The translations under genes were made by a program, and so were the position numbers. Below the pieces are notes generated by a model. The model was not told the origin of the DNA. It ran no database searches and saw nothing but the letters and a program-made list of their open reading frames with translations. A DNA stretch of 64,000 bases from Candidatus Micrarchaeia archaeon (GTDB lineage: Bacteria > Chloroflexota > Dormibacteria > Aeolococcales > Bog-877). The DNA lies in assembly GCA_035533215.1 (NCBI GenBank), contig DATLUG010000010.1:44633-108632 (forward strand), read 5' to 3'. Positions within the stretch are counted from its first letter, which is position 1. Every line of letters begins with the position of its first letter. Positions 24,987 to 33,989 of this stretch are shown here, piece by piece.

Positions 24987-26230
24987 GCCGCCCCGCCGCC
25001 GCCGCCGGCCGGCCGGTGGTGCAGAAGTACGGGGGCTCGTCGGTCGCCACGCTGGCGCGGATCCGGCGGGTCGCCGGGCTCGTCGCCGCGGCCCGCCGCC
25101 GCGCCGCCGGGGTGGTGGTGGTGGTGTCCGCGATGGGCGAGACCACCGATCGCCTGCAGGCCCAGGCGCATCGGCTCCATCGCCGGCCCCCGGCGCGCGA
25201 GATGGACGCCCTGCTGGCCACCGGCGAGACGGTCAGCGCGCCGCTCCTGGCGATGGCGCTCGACGCCGCCGGGGTCCCGGCGGTGTCGCTCTCCGGCCTC
25301 CAGGCCGGGATCAGGACCGCGCCCCACCATCGGCGGGCCCGGATCGTCGATGTCGTGCCGCAGCGCATCGTCGACGAGCTCGCGGCCGGGAGGGTGGTGG
25401 TGGTCGCCGGCTTCCAGGGCGTCATCGCCGACACCCTGGAGACCACCACCTTGGGTCGGGGCGGCTCCGACACCACCGCGGTGGCGCTGGCGGCGGCGCT
25501 GCGGGCGGTCACCTGCGAGATCTTCACCGACGTCCGCGGCGTCTTCACCGCCGACCCCAGGGTCGTCCCCGAGGCCAGCCGCCTGGCCGGGATCAGCTAC
25601 GACGAGATGCTAGAGTTGGCCGCCGTGGGTGCCGCGGTGCTGCACCCGCGCGCGGTCGAGATCGCCGCCGCGCACGGGGTCCCGATCCGGGTCCGGAGCA
25701 CCTTCCATCCCCGCGATGCGGGCACGCTCATCTGCCGGGAGCCAGCTGTGGAGCCGCGCCAGAAGGTCAGGGGCATCGCCCACCAGGAGGACTGCGCCAA
25801 GGTGACGGTGGTGCGGGTGCCCGACCGCCCCGGCATCGCGGCCGCGATCTTCACCCCGCTGGCGGCAGCCGGGATCAGCGTCGACGCGATCGTCCAGAAC
25901 GTCGGCCACGAGGGCCTCACCGACGTCAGCTTCACCGTCGCAGGCGCCGACCTCGACCACGTTCGCGACCTGCTTCCTGCCATCGTGAGCGGGGTCGGGG
26001 CCGTCGAGGCCACCATCGATCCCGAGATCGCCAAGGTGTCGGTGGTCGGCACCGGGGTGCTGGGCAGCCCGGGCGTGGCGGCGCGGATGTTCCGCGCCCT
26101 CGCCGACGCCGACATCAACATCGGGATGATCGTCGCATCCGAGATCCGGATCACCGCCACGGTCCCCCTCGCGCAGGCCGAGGCGGCGGTGCGCGCCCTC
26201 CATCGCGCCTACGAGCTGGAGCGGCTCTGA
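24983..26230 (+). CDS. ask: Aspartate kinase
   Basis: GTGA overlap with thrB. Motifs are [10 protein letters not shown] and [12 protein letters not shown], with C-terminal ACT repeats ([16 protein letters not shown]). Confidence 0.92.
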   Translation: MSRPAAAAGRPVVQKYGGSSVATLARIRRVAGLVAAARRRAAGVVVVVSAMGETTDRLQAQAHRLHRRPPAREMDALLATGETVSAPLLAMALDAAGVPAVSLSGLQAGIRTAPHHRRARIVDVVPQRIVDELAAGRVVVVAGFQGVIADTLETTTLGRGGSDTTAVALAAALRAVTCEIFTDVRGVFTADPRVVPEASRLAGISYDEMLELAAVGAAVLHPRAVEIAAAHGVPIRVRSTFHPRDAGTLICREPAVEPRQKVRGIAHQEDCAKVTVVRVPDRPGIAAAIFTPLAAAGISVDAIVQNVGHEGLTDVSFTVAGADLDHVRDLLPAIVSGVGAVEATIDPEIAKVSVVGTGVLGSPGVAARMFRALADADINIGMIVASEIRITATVPLAQAEAAVRALHRAYELERL

Positions 26231-26261
26231 CCTTCCGGACGCGGGCCTCGGCCACCGGCGG

Positions 26262-27026
26262 GTGACGCTCGCCGCCGCCCTCCTCCTCGTCGGCACCGGG
26301 CTGGTCGCGGGCGCTGCCAACGCCGTGGTGGGGTCGGGCTCGCTGGCCACCTTCCCCGCCCTCCTGGCGGTGGGGCTGTCCCCGGTGGTGGCCAACGCCA
26401 CCAACACCGTGGGGCTGGTGCTGGGCTCGGTCAGCGGGGTCGTGGGGTACCGGCGGGAGCTGCGCGGCCAGCAGGACCGGATCCGGCGGCTGGCCCTCCC
26501 CGCCGTCGCCGGGGGGGCGGCGGGTGCGGTCCTCCTCCTGGTCCTCCCGGGCGCGGTCTTCCGGGTGGTGGTGCCGGTCCTGATCGCGCTGGCGGTGGTC
26601 CTGGTGCTGCTCCAGCCGCGTCTCGCCCGGCGCGCGCATCGGAGGCCGCCCCCGGCCCGGCCGCCGGGCGGGCGGGCGGGCGGCCGGCTCCTCCGGGCCG
26701 GTGTCCTCGGCACCGCCGTCTACGGCGGCTACTTCGGGGCGGCCCAGGGCGTGCTCCTGCTCGCGATCCTGCAGATGACGGTCGACGACACGATGCAGCG
26801 CCTCAACGGGCTGAAGAACGTGATCGCCGGGTTGGTGAACGTGGCGGCGGCGGCGATCTTCATCGTCGCCGCCCGGGTGCAATGGGAACCGGCGGCCGTT
26901 CTCGCCGGCTCCACCGCGGTCGGCGCCCAGCTGGGTGCGGTGGTGGGCCGCCGGCTGCGCCCGGGGGCACTGCGGGCGGTGATCGTCGTGGCCGGGTTGG
27001 CCGCGATGGCCCGGCTCCTGCTCTGA
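26262..27026 (+). CDS. TauE/SafE family sulfite (anion) exporter
   Basis: 254 aa and polytopic, with GSGSLATFPALLAVGLSPVVANATN repeated in the second half. Confidence 0.85.
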   Translation: MTLAAALLLVGTGLVAGAANAVVGSGSLATFPALLAVGLSPVVANATNTVGLVLGSVSGVVGYRRELRGQQDRIRRLALPAVAGGAAGAVLLLVLPGAVFRVVVPVLIALAVVLVLLQPRLARRAHRRPPPARPPGGRAGGRLLRAGVLGTAVYGGYFGAAQGVLLLAILQMTVDDTMQRLNGLKNVIAGLVNVAAAAIFIVAARVQWEPAAVLAGSTAVGAQLGAVVGRRLRPGALRAVIVVAGLAAMARLLL

Positions 27027-27063
27027 CTCCCTGGCGCGGGCGCGGCGCCCGCCGACCGCGCCG

Positions 27064-27831
27064 CTAGGGGAGGCTGGCGGACCCGGCGGCCCCAGTTCCG
27101 AGCAGGGTCAGCCGCACCCCGTGGAGGTGGCGCCACATCGCCGCCTGCGCGTGCTGGGCATCCCGCTCCCGGATGGCGTCGACGATCTCCTCGTGCTCAC
27201 GCCGGGACTGGGCCAGCCGCTCCGGTGTGGAGGTGCGCTCCTTGAGGGTGCCCCAGTAGGGCTGGTCCCTGGCGCTGTTGATCACCCGCAGGATCGCGCT
27301 GGCGAGCCCGTTGTGGGTTGCCTCGGCCATCGCCTGGTGGATGGCCGCGTCCCAGAGCTCGAAGTCGTGGAACGTCGTCGCCGCCCGGGCCCTCACCAGG
27401 CACTGCTCCATCCGCTCCAGGTCCGCCGGCCGTGCCGCCGCCACCGCCAGGGGCATCAGCTGCGGCTCGATGGCGATCCGCACCGACATCACCTCCGCCG
27501 GGGACGACTCCACCAGGCCGGGCCGGCCGGCGCGCACGTGCTGGCGGCTGGCGACGAAGGTGCCCCGGCCGACGTGGCGCACCACCCGGCCCTGAGCCTC
27601 CAGCACCCCGAGCGCCTTCCGGAGGGCGTTCCGGGTGACCCCCAGGCGCTGGGCCAGCTGCCGCTCCGGGGGCAGGCGAGACCCCGGCAGCCGCCCGCCG
27701 CTGCCGACCTCCGCCTCCAACCAGGCGAGCAGCTCTGCTCCCCCGTTCCCGTTCCGGGCGGCCGCCTCCCGCGGCAGGGTGGCGGCGGGGGAGCCAACCG
27801 GCTCAACCAATCCAACCCCGCTCTCGGCCAC
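27064..27831 (-). CDS. GntR family transcriptional regulator (FadR/FCD subfamily)
   Basis: The winged helix is LPPERQLAQRLGVTRNALRKALGVLEAQGRVVRHVGRGTFV, with a helical FCD-type C-terminus. I chose the GTG at 27831 because AGGGGAAGGG precedes it. Confidence 0.85.
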   Translation of the reverse strand: MAESGVGLVEPVGSPAATLPREAAARNGNGGAELLAWLEAEVGSGGRLPGSRLPPERQLAQRLGVTRNALRKALGVLEAQGRVVRHVGRGTFVASRQHVRAGRPGLVESSPAEVMSVRIAIEPQLMPLAVAAARPADLERMEQCLVRARAATTFHDFELWDAAIHQAMAEATHNGLASAILRVINSARDQPYWGTLKERTSTPERLAQSRREHEEIVDAIRERDAQHAQAAMWRHLHGVRLTLLGTGAAGSASLP

Positions 27832-27904
27832 AGAACCCTTCCCCTGAGCCTGACCCGGGGAGAGCCTACCATGCGCCTCTCCGATCGCAGACACCTGGCC
27901 CCCG

Positions 27905-27915
27905 TGGTCCAACCA
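27905..27915. promoter_or_regulatory. Candidate GntR operator (TGGT-N3-ACCA palindrome) in the gntR/FAH divergent region
   Basis: TGGTCCAACCA fits the generic GntR GT-Nx-AC half-site pattern. It overlaps the 10-mer CAACCAATCC, which recurs at 27804-27813. Confidence 0.3.
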
Positions 27916-28008
27916 ATCCGGGGGCGGCCGACCAGGGGTCGTCGCGGTGGCGACGGGGGCCGCCGCCGACTCGTCATGATTGGGTTCGGTTCAGCCACGG
28001 GGGAGCGC

Positions 28009-28968
28009 ATGCGCCTGGTGACGTTTCGCGACCGCGGCGTGGTCGGCGCCGGTGCGGTGGAGGGCGACCGGGTCGTCGCCCTGGCGCCCGCCTACCAGGC
28101 CTGGTTGTCGCGAAGCGGCCAGGGGCGGGCGGCCGAGCGGGCGGCCGCGCTGCTGCCGCCGTCCGCGGGGGAGCTCCTGGCCGGCGGCGCCGCCTCGCTC
28201 GATGCGGCCCGGGCGGCGGTGGCCCACGCCATGACGGGCGGGGATCGGGACGGCGACCCGGACCTGGCCCCGCTCACGCTGCCCTTCGACCGCGTCGAGC
28301 TGCTCCCGCCCGTGCTGCTGCCTCCCAAGATCATCTGTGTCGGGGTGAACTACGCCGACCACGCCGCGGAGTCGGCGGGCACCTTCCGGGCGGCGCCGTA
28401 TCCCGTCCTCTTCGCCCGTTTCGCCGCGTCGCTGGTCGGCCACCGCAGCCCGATCCTCAAGCCGGCGATCTCCGACGAGCTGGACTGGGAGGGTGAGCTG
28501 GCCGTCGTCATCGGCCGTGCGGGGCACCGGGTCGCCCGGGCCGATGCCCTGGGGCTCGTCGGCGGCTACAGCTGCTTCAACGACGCCACCCTGCGCGACT
28601 TCCAGCGCCACAGCAGCCAGTGGACCCCCGGCAAGAACTTCGCGGCCACCGGCGGCTTCGGTCCCTGGATCGTCCTCGCCGACGCGGTCGGCAGTCCCGC
28701 CGGCCTCGACCTCACCGTCACCGTCAACGGCGAGCGGATGCAGCACGCCTCCACCGCGGACATGACCTTCGACATCCCCCGTCTGATCGAGTACATCACG
28801 TCCTTCACGCCGCTCGGACCGGGCGACGTGATCGCCACCGGCACCCCGAGTGGCGTGGGCGCGTTCCGAACCCCGCCCCGCTTCCTGCGGCCCGGCGACG
28901 TCGTGGCGGTCGAGATCTCGAAGGTGGGGCGGCTGGAGAACCCGGTCCAGGGGGAGGACTCCGCCTGA
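28009..28968 (+). CDS. Fumarylacetoacetate hydrolase (FAH) family protein
   Basis: N-terminus is MRLVTF; motifs are KIICVGVNYADHA and DWEGELAVVIG. A GGGGAG SD precedes the start. Confidence 0.9.
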   Translation: MRLVTFRDRGVVGAGAVEGDRVVALAPAYQAWLSRSGQGRAAERAAALLPPSAGELLAGGAASLDAARAAVAHAMTGGDRDGDPDLAPLTLPFDRVELLPPVLLPPKIICVGVNYADHAAESAGTFRAAPYPVLFARFAASLVGHRSPILKPAISDELDWEGELAVVIGRAGHRVARADALGLVGGYSCFNDATLRDFQRHSSQWTPGKNFAATGGFGPWIVLADAVGSPAGLDLTVTVNGERMQHASTADMTFDIPRLIEYITSFTPLGPGDVIATGTPSGVGAFRTPPRFLRPGDVVAVEISKVGRLENPVQGEDSA

Positions 28969-28993
28969 CTCCTGGGCCGGCCGGGGGCGAGCC

Positions 28994-30091
28994 GTGAGCC
29001 TTGCGGTCGGGATCGTCGGGCTTCCCAATTCCGGCAAGTCGACCCTCTTCAACGCCCTCACCGGCGGGCGGGCCCTGGTCGGGGACTATCCCTTCACCAC
29101 GATCGACCCCAACACCGGGGTGGTGCCGGTGCCTGACGGCCGCCTCCAGCGGCTGGCGGCGCTCTTCCGCCCCCCCCGGGTGATCCCAGCCACCGTCACC
29201 TTCACCGACATCGCCGGGCTGGTGCGCGGGGCCAGCCGCAACGAGGGTCTCGGCAACCAGTTCCTCGGCCATGTCCGGACCACCGACGCCATCGCCCTGG
29301 TGGTGCGCGCCTTCACCGGCGCGGTGGCCCACGTCGAGGGCTCGGTCGACCCGGTGCGGGACATGGACATCCTGGAGCTGGAGCTGGCGCTCGCCGACCT
29401 CGCCACCGTCGACCGCCGGCTGGAGCGGGTGGAGGAGCGGGCCCGGCGGCCGAGCGAGGTGACGGCGGCCCAGGTGGCGGGCCTGCGGAGGATCCGCGAC
29501 GCCCTGGACGACGGCCGACCGGCACGGGCGGTGGCGCTCGCCCCCGAGGAGGGGAGCGGGCTCCAGGCCCTGCAGCTGCTCACCGCCAAGCCCGCCCTCT
29601 ACGTCGCCAACGTCGACGAGGCGGTGCTGGGAGCCGACCCCGGCCAGGGGCCCGCCGCCGCCGTGGCCGGGCGGGCCGCCCAGGCCGGCGCCGGCTTCGT
29701 CACGGTGAGCGCCAAGCTGGAGGCTGAGCTGGCGGAGCTGGAGGTGGCCGAGGCGGGGGAGTACCTGCGAAGCCTCGGGGTGGCCGAGGCCGGGCTGGGG
29801 CGGCTGAGCCGGGCGGCCTACGCGGCCCTCGGACTGCTCACCTTCTTCACCGCCGGCGAGAAGGAGGTCCGCGCGTGGACGCTGCCGCGTGGGGGCACCG
29901 CGGTCGAGGCCGCCGGGGCGATCCACACCGACTTCGCGCGCGGCTTCATCCGGGCCGAGGTCTGCGATGCCGAGGACCTGCTGACCTCCGGAGGGTACGC
30001 CGGCGTCCGCGAGCGCGGGCGCCGGCGGCTGGAGGGGCGCGACTACGAGGTTCGGGACGGGGACGTGGTCCACTTCCTCTTCAACGTCTGA
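28994..30091 (+). CDS. ychF: Redox-regulated ribosome-binding ATPase YchF
   Basis: Motifs are GIVGLPNSGKSTLFNALT and DYPFTTIDPN, with a C-terminal TGS-like domain ending DGDVVHFLFNV. Confidence 0.93.
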   Translation: MSLAVGIVGLPNSGKSTLFNALTGGRALVGDYPFTTIDPNTGVVPVPDGRLQRLAALFRPPRVIPATVTFTDIAGLVRGASRNEGLGNQFLGHVRTTDAIALVVRAFTGAVAHVEGSVDPVRDMDILELELALADLATVDRRLERVEERARRPSEVTAAQVAGLRRIRDALDDGRPARAVALAPEEGSGLQALQLLTAKPALYVANVDEAVLGADPGQGPAAAVAGRAAQAGAGFVTVSAKLEAELAELEVAEAGEYLRSLGVAEAGLGRLSRAAYAALGLLTFFTAGEKEVRAWTLPRGGTAVEAAGAIHTDFARGFIRAEVCDAEDLLTSGGYAGVRERGRRRLEGRDYEVRDGDVVHFLFNV

Positions 30092-30200
30092 CGGCGGTCC
30101 CGCCCTGGGTAGGGCACCGGCCGCCGCGGTCGTCCCTGGCTGGCCCTAGCCGGCCGGGACGCCCACCGGCCGGCCGAGCCGATCGGCCCGAAGGGAACGC

Positions 30201-30229
30201 TTGCGCTCCACAACATCCTGTGCTTCAAT
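30201..30229 (+). promoter_or_regulatory. Candidate sigma-70-type promoter TTGCGC-N17-TTCAAT in an ORF-less intergenic region
   Basis: The hexamers have exact 17-nt spacing and sit in the lowest-GC patch of the 30092-30500 gap. Confidence 0.3.
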
Positions 30230-30500
30230 ACCGGTCGGGCACTAGATGTGGGACGTCCGCATCGCCCACAGCAGACAGCGGGTGTCGGAGCCTTCCCGTC
30301 CCCTCTTCCGATGCCGACCCGTCCTTCCCGCCGGTGCTCGCTGTCTGCACCTCCCGCCGCCGCCCGCCCGTCGGTGGCGGTCGCTTCGGTCGGCGGTGGG
30401 GGCGCGGGCCCGCGGCCGTCGCCGGCGGGCTCGGGTACACTGGCCCCCGCGCCGGTGCGGCGCGGATCATCGACCGGCACCCCGAAGGCTCCGTCCCACC

Positions 30501-30977
30501 ATGGCCAAGCGCCCGAAGAAGAAGAGCTCCGCTGCCCCGCGCCGCCCCGGGCCCGCCGCTCGCCCGGCGCGCGAGCCCGACCTAGCGCCGCGCGCCCCGG
30601 TCGGCGCCGAGGAGGTGGCGGTCGTCGCCGGGGCGGTCGCCACCGCACCGCCGGTGGGAGGCGCGCCGGCCGCGTCCGGGACCGCCGCCGCGGCGATGCC
30701 GTCCCTGCCCGCCGCCGAGTCGCCGGTCAATGGCAGCCCGGCGCCGGGTCCGCGGCCGCTCCCCTCGGGCGGATCCTTCCTGCCCACCCGGTCCGAGCGG
30801 GTCACCAGCCGGGCCGAGCGACGCCGTCAGGCGGAGGCCGCGCTGGTGCCGATGGACGAGACCCCGGCGATCCCAGCCGACCGCGTCCCCTTCATCGCCA
30901 GCGACCTGCGCCGGATCGGGGCGGTGGCCCTGGTGATGATCGCCTGCATCATCATCGGCACCGTCATCTTCCGCTAA
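30501..30977 (+). CDS. Hypothetical tail-anchored protein (basic N-terminus, Ala/Pro-rich middle, single TM at the extreme C-terminus)
   Basis: ATG at 30501. N-terminus is MAKRPKKKSS, and the last 20 aa (IGAVALVMIACIIIGTVIFR) are the only hydrophobic segment. Confidence 0.5.
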   Translation: MAKRPKKKSSAAPRRPGPAARPAREPDLAPRAPVGAEEVAVVAGAVATAPPVGGAPAASGTAAAAMPSLPAAESPVNGSPAPGPRPLPSGGSFLPTRSERVTSRAERRRQAEAALVPMDETPAIPADRVPFIASDLRRIGAVALVMIACIIIGTVIFR

Positions 30978-31036
30978 CCGGCGCACCCGGGCCGCCCGAG
31001 TCCCCGACCGCGGCAGGGGTGGCTCGGGTGGGTACC

Positions 31037-31042
31037 TATACT
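31037..31042 (+). promoter_or_regulatory. Candidate -10 hexamer (TATACT) for a leaderless ArsA-like ATPase transcript
   Basis: TATACT lies 8 nt upstream of the ATG at 31051, and there is no SD. Confidence 0.4.
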
Positions 31043-31050
31043 CGGCAGCC

Positions 31051-32223
31051 ATGCGGGTCATCCTCTACACCGGCAAGGGCGGTGTCGGCAAGACCTCGAT
31101 CGCCGCCGCCACCGCGGTGGCCTGCGCACGGTCCGGGCGCCGGACCCTCGTGATGAGCACCGACGCCGCCCACAGCCTGGGCGACTCGCTCGACCAGGAG
31201 CTCGGCAACGAGCCGCGCGAGGTGGCCCCGGGGCTCTTCGCCCAGGAGGTCAACGCGCTGCACCAGCTGGAGCACAACTGGGAGCGCATCCACCGCTATC
31301 TCGCCGCCCTCTTCAACAGTCAGGGCATCGACGACATCGTGGCCGAGGAGATGGCCTCGCCTCCGGGGATGGAGGAGGTGGCCAGCCTGATGTGGATCAA
31401 GCACCACGCCGAGCGCAGCGACTACGAGGTGCTGATCGTGGACTGTGCGCCCACCGGGGAGACGCTCCAGCTGCTGGCCTTCCCCGACGTGGCCCGCTGG
31501 TACCTCAACAAGATCTTCCCGATCGAACGCCGGCTCATGAAGGTGGCGCGCCCGATGGTGCAGCCCTTCCTCTCCATCCCCCTTCCCAGCGACGAGATCT
31601 TCGGCTCCGTGCGCAGCCTCCTCACCAGCCTGGAGTCGATGAAGGGCGTCCTCGGCGACCCCCGGGTGTGCACGGTCCGGATCGTCCTCAACCTGGAGAA
31701 GATGGTGATCAAGGAGGCCCAGCGGGCCTACACCTACCTCAACCTCTACGACTACCTCACCGACGCCATCTGCGTCAATCGGGTTCTCCCCGACGGCGTC
31801 GTCGATGTCTTCTTCGATGACTGGCGCCGGCAGCAGCAGCGCTACGCCGCCCAGGTGCGCGCCACCTTCGATCCCCTGCCGATCTTCTCCGCGCCCCTGT
31901 TCGACCACGAGGTGACCGGGGTGGCCCACCTCGGGGAGCTGGCCGCGGCCCTCTACGGCGACTGCGACCCGGCCGCGATCCTCTCCAATGCCCGGCCGCA
32001 GCGGGTGCGCAAGGACGGTGCCGACTACGTCCTCACCCTGGACCTGGGGTTCGCCACCAAGGAGTCGGTCAGCCTCAGCCAGCGTGACGACGAGCTGTAT
32101 GTCACGGTGGGCCCGTACAAGCGGGAGCTGGCGCTGCCGCGGGTGCTCCGGGGGACGGTCACGACCGGGGCGCGCCTGGAGGAGGGCCAGCTGTCGATCC
32201 GCTTCAGCCGCCAGAGCGCATGA
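31051..32223 (+). CDS. ArsA/Get3(TRC40)-family ATPase with C-terminal Hsp20/alpha-crystallin-like domain
   Basis: The deviant Walker A is GKGGVGKT; other motifs are STDAAHSLGD and DCAPTGETLQLL. The C-terminal beta-sandwich-like segment is YVLTLDLGFATKESVSLSQRDDELYVTVGPYKRELALP. Confidence 0.9.
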   Translation: MRVILYTGKGGVGKTSIAAATAVACARSGRRTLVMSTDAAHSLGDSLDQELGNEPREVAPGLFAQEVNALHQLEHNWERIHRYLAALFNSQGIDDIVAEEMASPPGMEEVASLMWIKHHAERSDYEVLIVDCAPTGETLQLLAFPDVARWYLNKIFPIERRLMKVARPMVQPFLSIPLPSDEIFGSVRSLLTSLESMKGVLGDPRVCTVRIVLNLEKMVIKEAQRAYTYLNLYDYLTDAICVNRVLPDGVVDVFFDDWRRQQQRYAAQVRATFDPLPIFSAPLFDHEVTGVAHLGELAAALYGDCDPAAILSNARPQRVRKDGADYVLTLDLGFATKESVSLSQRDDELYVTVGPYKRELALPRVLRGTVTTGARLEEGQLSIRFSRQSA

Positions 32224-32606
32224 GCGCCCCCGGCGGCGCCGCCGGGGGGCGCCGGCGACCCACCCGCGCCGGTGCCCCTCCCGAGGCCGTCCGCCCGCCC
32301 GTGCGCCGGACCACCCCTCGGGCGGCCGCCGGCGGGACGCCCGAGCCCGTGCCCCCGACGGACCAGCCCGGCTGGCCCGGCTCGGCGGCGGCCGTGCCGC
32401 AGCTGGCCCTTCGGCTCGGCTGGGAGCTGCTGGGGGCGGCGGGGCGACGGGCCGCCGAGGTGGTCCCGCCCGAGGCCCAGGTCCACCTCCTGCGCGCGCA
32501 GCACGAGCTCTGGCTCGCGGCCGCCGCCGTGGTCAGCCGCGGCCGGACCGGCACCGAGCGGGATCCGGCCGACCGGCCGCGATCCCGCCGCATCGTGGTG
32601 GACTGA
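32220..32606 (+). CDS. Hypothetical protein (128 aa), translationally coupled to the ArsA-like ATPase
   Basis: ATGA overlap at 32220-32223. The N-terminus is Pro/Arg-rich and the C-terminal half looks helical (PEAQVHLLRAQHELWLAAAAVV). I recognised no motif. Confidence 0.45.
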   Translation: MSAPGGAAGGRRRPTRAGAPPEAVRPPVRRTTPRAAAGGTPEPVPPTDQPGWPGSAAAVPQLALRLGWELLGAAGRRAAEVVPPEAQVHLLRAQHELWLAAAAVVSRGRTGTERDPADRPRSRRIVVD

Positions 32607-32612
32607 CCGGAG

Positions 32613-33401
32613 GTGGGTGGGACCGGGGTCGCCTTCTACCTCATCCTCGTCGTCTTCGCCCTCCCCGGGATCGTCATCGGCTTCACCTGCCACGAGTTCT
32701 GCCACGCCCTCGTCGCCACCGGCTTCGGCGACCCCCTGCCGCGCCGCCAGGGCCGGCTCAGCCTCAACCCCGCCGCCCAGGTCGACCCGGTCGGGCTGGT
32801 GATGCTGCTGCTCCTCGGGTTCGGCTTCGCCCGCCCGGTGCAGTTCAACCCCCTGATCGTCCGCACCGGGCCCCGCCGGGCCTGGGTGGCGGCCGTCGGC
32901 CCCCTCTGCAACCTGGCGCTGGCGGCCGTCCTCGGCCTCGCCCTCCGCCTCCTTCTCACCGCCGACCCACAGGTGGCGAACTGCCTCCTCCCCAGCTTCG
33001 CCCTCTCCCCGGCCGGGGCCCTCTACTGGGTCCTGATCGAGGCGTTCTTCATCAACGTGATCCTCTGCGTCTTCAACCTCCTCCCCATTCCCCCGCTCGA
33101 CGGCTACCGGGTGGTCGAGGGGCTGCTCGGCGGCCGCTTCCCGCGCCCGTTCGCGGCGGTCGAGCGCCGCCTCGGCGCCATCTACCTGGTCGCGATCCTG
33201 CTCCTGGTGGTCGCCCCTCAGCTCCTGCCGGGGGTGGGGTCGCCCGTGTACGGGGCGATCAGCGCCCTGTACACCGGCCTCTGGCATCCCCTGGTCGGCT
33301 CCTCTGCCACCCCGCTCACGTTCTTCCCCAACTTCCAGTACCTCTTCCAGGCGCCGAGCGGCTCGCTGGCCCAGGCGCTCACGGCCCCGTGCGGCCCGTG
33401 A
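32613..33401 (+). CDS. Site-2 protease family (peptidase M50) intramembrane metalloprotease
   Basis: HEFCH (HExxH) sits in the first TM, with FNLLPIPPLDG (LDG motif) downstream. Confidence 0.85.
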   Translation: MGGTGVAFYLILVVFALPGIVIGFTCHEFCHALVATGFGDPLPRRQGRLSLNPAAQVDPVGLVMLLLLGFGFARPVQFNPLIVRTGPRRAWVAAVGPLCNLALAAVLGLALRLLLTADPQVANCLLPSFALSPAGALYWVLIEAFFINVILCVFNLLPIPPLDGYRVVEGLLGGRFPRPFAAVERRLGAIYLVAILLLVVAPQLLPGVGSPVYGAISALYTGLWHPLVGSSATPLTFFPNFQYLFQAPSGSLAQALTAPCGP

Positions 33402-33967
33402 CCGGTCCCCCCCCGTTGGCGACACCGGCCGACGCCGGCCGGCGGGTCGCCGGCGCCCACGCCGTTATCCGCCGCGGGGACGGACGGGTCCTCCTCCAGC
33501 TCCGGGCCGCCCCGCCCGGGTGGGAGCTGCCCGGCGGCCACGTGGCCCCCGGCGAGGCCCCGTCCGCGACCGTGGTGCGGGAGGCGGCCGAGGAGATCGG
33601 CTGCGCCATCCGGGTGGAGCGGCTGACCGGGACCTACACCTTCCGCGGCCTCCGCCACAGCCGCGACGCGGTCTTCCTCGCCCACCTCGCCGGGGGTGCC
33701 CCGGTGCGGTCGCGCGGGGTCCTGGCCCTCCTCTGGGCCGACCCCGGTCGGCTGCCGCGCTCCCTGTTCCCCTGGTTCGTCGCCCGGATCGAGGACGCCC
33801 TGGCGCCAGCGCCACCCGGTGGGCGCCCGGTCCACCGGGTCCAGGCGATCGGTCCCGCAGCGGTGCTGGGCCACGGCGGCGGGCTGGCCGCGGACGCGGC
33901 CCGCGCGGTCGCCGAGCGGGTGCGGCCGGGCCCGGCCCCAGCGGGCCGGGACGGGCGGGTCCGCTGA
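33398..33967 (+). CDS. NUDIX hydrolase
   Basis: GTGA overlap with the M50 gene. The Nudix box is GGHVAPGEAPSATVVREAAEEIG. Confidence 0.85.
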   Translation: MTGPPPLATPADAGRRVAGAHAVIRRGDGRVLLQLRAAPPGWELPGGHVAPGEAPSATVVREAAEEIGCAIRVERLTGTYTFRGLRHSRDAVFLAHLAGGAPVRSRGVLALLWADPGRLPRSLFPWFVARIEDALAPAPPGGRPVHRVQAIGPAAVLGHGGGLAADAARAVAERVRPGPAPAGRDGRVR

Positions 33968-33989
33968 ACGCGGCGGCGCGGCCCCGCGC

